A stretch of 63,263 bases of DNA, counting the filler, from Craspedostauros australis (Eukaryota), in assembly GCA_030167865.1 (NCBI GenBank). It is 4 parts of 4 records of this genome, joined end to end, with 100 filler letters (N's around TTAATTAATTAA, not from the genome) between each part and the next. Parts side by side here need not be neighbours in the genome. Positions count along the whole stretch, not along the records: positions 57,949 to 63,263 come from JALAGF010006164.1; 3 more parts are not named here. One strand, given 5' to 3'. Each line of letters starts with the position of its first letter. The stretch's first letter is position 1. This document shows positions 59,124-63,263 of the stretch, piece after piece. The position numbers were made by a program, and so were the translations under genes. The notes beneath the pieces are model-generated. The model saw only the letters and a list, made by a program, of their open reading frames with translations, was not told the origin of the DNA and searched no databases.

Positions 59124-59496
59124 TGAACAAAATGCTCTCGACTGAGATCGTAAGAATTATAAACTCGAGAAAACAAAGAAAACAATTTGTAAACGCAAAG
59201 TAGCGAAAAAAATCGCAAGGTTACTATAGAGCATCTCATGATCAGGAAAACAATTTGAGCAAATTGGAAACAATCCATCACAGCATCTCCAAAAAAAATG
59301 AATCGGATCTCCTTGAATGAGGTCCAACACAACACAACTCTCTGCTCATCAAGGAAAACAAGAATGTGAGACTTGTCGCGCCAAACCGAAAACACAAACG
59401 ATGGTGTCACAAGTCATGCTCCAGAAAAACATGACAAGATGATAATACAATGAAATGAAGAGATGCTAACTAAGTAAATAAATGGCCACCTATCGA

Positions 59497-59727
59497 TGTG
59501 GATGGCATGTTGTGTGATGGCATGGATGGCGATGGCTGCTCCAGTTGACGCGGACGTCTGCTTCATTCGGTGTGGACGGCATGCTGTGTGATGGCATGGA
59601 TGGCGATGGCTGCTCCAATGAATGTGGACGTCTGCTTCATTCGGTGTGGACGGCATGCTGTGTGATGGCATGGATGGTGATGGCTGCTCCAGTTGACGCG
59701 GACGTCTGCTTCATTCGGTGTGGATGC
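59497..59727. repeat. 74-bp minisatellite, three copies
   Basis: Units start at 59497, 59571 and 59645 (TGTGGAYGGCATG...CTTCATTCGG), with no unique spacers. Confidence 0.92.
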
Positions 59728-62377
59728 CTGTTTCAATCGATGTGGATTGCATGCTGTGTGGATGCATGAATGCTTGGATGGAGATGGCATGAACGAATGG
59801 ATGTGGATGTGATGATGAGGGGCTGGCCTTTCCAGACTGGTTTTGTGCTGTGGATGTTGTTGTTGTTGTGTTTGGCTTTGCTGGTGTGGTCACTTTCGTT
59901 GTTTCTTTTGCTGTCCCTTTGTCATCGCTTTCGTCGTTGCTGTGCTGTCGGCTTTTTGTCTTCTGCCCATCCTGTCGCCTTGATGTGAAATGGACACGAA
60001 CAATGACGCAAGCCCATGCCGAAACAAGCCAAGTTCCTTGTTCTGGGCCACCCAAAACAGATGACATTCATTGGCGCAGAAACTGGACACAACTGTCCAA
60101 CCCAGAACCTGGATACCGCTCACTGTCACTGCAGACACCAAACCGACTCTTTTCACATAACGGTGCGATTTCGCAGTTTTTTTCAACGCCTCGATGAAAT
60201 TTGTTTGAAATCGAGTGTAACATGTGGAAGACGTCTCATGCTGCTTGAACACAATCAAAACACGACCGAGATGGACGCCGAGCGCAACCAGAGGAGAGGA
60301 ATCGGAACCATCTCATCTACACGTGGAGGACGACCGTCCTCCCGCATGTGTCAGTCTGAACGTCGACTTCCATGTAGACGTAGCAAAGCAACCATGGAGC
60401 CAACTGTACTAAAGTAATATAACAGAAATATATGGATTGCTGTTACCATTATCAATCTTCCACATGCACAGGAGAAGTATAGATCAGCTAGTATTGAAGG
60501 AGAGGTATTGGTGTATTATTCATGCTCGCGTCAAGTGCTGCATGAGTGTGCTTCAATTTTGGCACTAGTATGTAAAGCACAGCAACCAGAAGTGAATTTG
60601 CGGTTGCAACGTCCGTATGGCCGTTGAGTGGATTGTTGCCGGTGGTCGATCATACAGCTGAAGAGCAAATGGTAGTGCAGAAAGTCAGTAGTAGAGTATA
60701 TCACAAGATATGTGCACTATTGGGTTGGTGTGTAGCATGCGTTGCATGTGTAATACCATGTCAGTTCATGCTGTTATTGGAGCTGGATGCGATGTCGTAT
60801 GTTGACTAGAGTTCGGCGTGTAGGTTTTGGTCCCCATGTAGCGAATGCTACTCTGAGTATGACCGCAGCCTTCCGGCATCGAACCAGTCCACCGGTTGTA
60901 CCGGCTTTTGACGAATCTTTCCCAACTCCATGTTATGCACTTCCTGATCCCCCGGGGCAGGACACCCCGCAGACGCACCAGCGCAACAATCGCCAACGCA
61001 GGAAGGCCCAGGGCGGGAGGGCGAGGCAAAAAGGAAGAGAGGAGATCAGCAGTGAAGTTTCATGCAGTACTGTGCGCCGTGATCATGCGACGACAGTGAC
61101 TGATGAATTCNNNNNNNNNNNNNNNNNNNNNNNNNNNNNNNNNNNNNNNNNNNNNNNNNNATTCCTGTGATCTTATGTGCTTGTGTTGTGACTTTCTGAT
61201 GTTGGCCTTGCATGGTTGTTGTTGTTGTTGATAGTTCCAGTAGGTCTGCCCCTATTAGGCCTAGTGTCAGGAAAGGGCAGTGTGCCATCTGTTCGTTGAT
61301 TGGCCTGTTTGAGTACCATACGTGGGTCGTGCATCCAGCCTGTTGAGTCGATCGGGTCAAACACTCTGATGTAAAAGCCTGCTTGATTGATGATTCGTGA
61401 TGTATCGCGTAGAGCAAAAACCGTGTTGTTTTGACGCAGTGGGGTGTCATGTTTGCGTTGGGGTCTGTTTTTTTGGGATTTTGACCCCTCCTGAGAGGCC
61501 AAAATTCTTCCTTTAAAGGCAGGCCTGCCTTTGAAGGAAGAATTGGGGCCCTCTGACCCCCCCCGATCTTCCTTTGAAGGAAGGTGCACTAGGAAAGCTT
61601 CCTTCAAAGGAAGGAAAAAACTCACCATGGATATCCATGCAATCATATTTCGATACAAGGAATTAACGCGCCTCCCTGCAGTCCTCCCCTTGCAGTTTCA
61701 TCGGCATCGACTCAAGACCAAAGATCACACGCGTGTAATAAATCTCAGTATCTTCTCCCCATCGTCTTGGGCAGACAACAACAGAATAGAGCACTGTCCT
61801 CACCGAATCTCGAAAAACGGGAAAGATCCGAAGGATCTGTGCATAGGATCCAAAGGCAGCTTCTCCGGTGCACGTCTGTATGCGCGTGCATTGTCGCATA
61901 CTTGTCAGCGTTTGGATTTCTAGCCTCTTTGATCTTGTCTGGATTCCTTCCCGATGTCCTCCTGACAAGGTGACACTCGATGGGACTCCCCAGATACTAC
62001 ACGGCCGGTGACACATCCAAAGTACATCCCAGTTCGTCGTTTCTGGTTCCTTCCGTGCCTTTCTCACTTGAGGTGGTTGGGAATTATTGGTTGAAAGAAA
62101 TATAATACGTACTCGACGGTTTTCAGCATCTCGGAGACGGATCGGCAGTAGGACACCTATTGCAATGGCTGTAGAATCGTATCCAAAACCAATCCAACCT
62201 CCAACTTCCAACCCTCCAGCGCCGCTTGCCTGTTCGATCGCCTGTGCGCTCGCATCGCCCGTATCTCCGATAATGAATTGAGGCACATGTCTTCACATCC
62301 TCACAAAAAGCAAACCTGCATTGATTCGCCCACCAAACCCCAAAAGACAACCAACCAACCAACAAACAAACAACACC

Positions 62378-62995
62378 ATGAAGCTCTCCGTTTCCTCTGC
62401 CATCGCTGGCACCCTCATGGGCATGTTCTCCACCGCCAGCGCCGACGTCCTCTTGCAGGACTTCACCAGCGGCGACAGCGGCTGGGAGTTCAAGAGTGAC
62501 GATGTCATCCCTGGTGGAGAATCCGACGGCATCCTCCTGGCGGGAGGCGATCGTACCTTCTTTGATGGGACGGTCGTGGACCAGCCATTCATCGGCGGAC
62601 CAGGATTCGTCAAGGCCGTTGGCATCAAGTCCTTCCCCAACATCGCTGGCTGCGCTGCCATCGAGGTCACCATGAACCCCCTCACCAGCTACGAGGGATA
62701 CTTCGTCGCCTTCGGAGATACTCCTCCGACTCCCGATATGCCAATTCCATCCGAATGGCGCACCGCCATCCCTGTCTTTGAATCAGGCGAGAACAGATAC
62801 AGCATCCCATTCCACCAGTTCAGCAACGCCTGGGACTTTGCCACCGGCAAGATCATCACCCCATGCTACGCCGACTCAACTGTCTGCCCAACCACAGCTG
62901 TGCTGTCCAACATCCAGTTCATGGAGATCTGGGGCCAAGGAGTCGAGGGACGTTTCGTCACTGAACTCTTCAGCATCAAGGCAGTCGGTTGCTAA
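62378..62995 (+). CDS. Secreted CIA30-like (galactose-binding-fold) domain protein
   Basis: Signal peptide MKLSVSSAIAG...ASA-D; WEFKSDDVIPGGES, FDGTVVDQPFIGGPGF, IPFHQFS and GVEGRFVTELFSIKA. Confidence 0.72.
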   Translation: MKLSVSSAIAGTLMGMFSTASADVLLQDFTSGDSGWEFKSDDVIPGGESDGILLAGGDRTFFDGTVVDQPFIGGPGFVKAVGIKSFPNIAGCAAIEVTMNPLTSYEGYFVAFGDTPPTPDMPIPSEWRTAIPVFESGENRYSIPFHQFSNAWDFATGKIITPCYADSTVCPTTAVLSNIQFMEIWGQGVEGRFVTELFSIKAVGC

Positions 62996-63263
62996 ATTGG
63001 CAGTCGCGGCCTGCACCATCTTCGAGTAGGACTGTGCACATGTGAAGGGTGCGCGCGAATTCAAGCAGATCCTGCCAATGCCAACTGGATGATGATTGCA
63101 AACCTACCACATCATCACAAAAATCGGTTGCTTTCATGCGGACTCATAAACAGCAGCAGCAATACTCGTGCCCTTCGCGTGTCCAAACTCCTTGTCAATA
63201 GAAATGCAAAGACCGAATCTTTCGCCACGCAACTAGCGTAGAGTCGAATACACACATTGGTAG

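Noticed and set aside
59497..59727. Possible CRISPR array
   Set aside because: Whole 74-bp units repeat with no unique spacers, no cas genes are present and the context is eukaryotic; it is a minisatellite.
1..63263. tRNA, rRNA or snRNA genes
   Set aside because: The GTTCGA-type words I checked lack cloverleaf context and I recognised no rRNA or snRNA sequence; an Infernal/tRNAscan-SE run would be decisive.

Overview
Eukaryotic genomic DNA, most likely from a diatom. The inference rests on GT-AG introns, a diatom-type cyclin, a class C GPCR, a bipartite plastid-targeting presequence and CoDi-like Ty1/copia remnants. Three 100-bp spacers (44 N + TTAATTAATTAA + 44 N, at 17163, 36906 and 57849) show that the window is four concatenated contigs, so adjacency across them is not biological evidence. 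Recognisable host genes: an O-fucosyltransferase-like protein, a DUF1415 protein, a 1421-aa COG3899-like STAND/AAA ATPase, eIF2-beta, a GABA-B-like GPCR, a URI/Bud27-like protein, a CRAL-TRIO protein, a degenerate SASA/SGNH esterase-like protein, a WKF-domain protein, a cyclin and a secreted CIA30-like protein, plus several hypothetical genes and two pseudogenes. A nested transposon cluster at about 28.6-36.9 kb holds copia fragments, a piggyBac-type element with its 614-bp non-autonomous derivative (ends at CTAT/ATAT, not TTAA) and an LTR family present three times in the window, plus one diverged relative. I found no CRISPR array or RNA gene, and no multi-gene novel system that I can support. 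The best leads are the non-TTAA piggyBac pair, the copia Gag with hydrophobic segments and the stand-alone STAND ATPase. All family calls come from motif recognition by eye, not from database searches.
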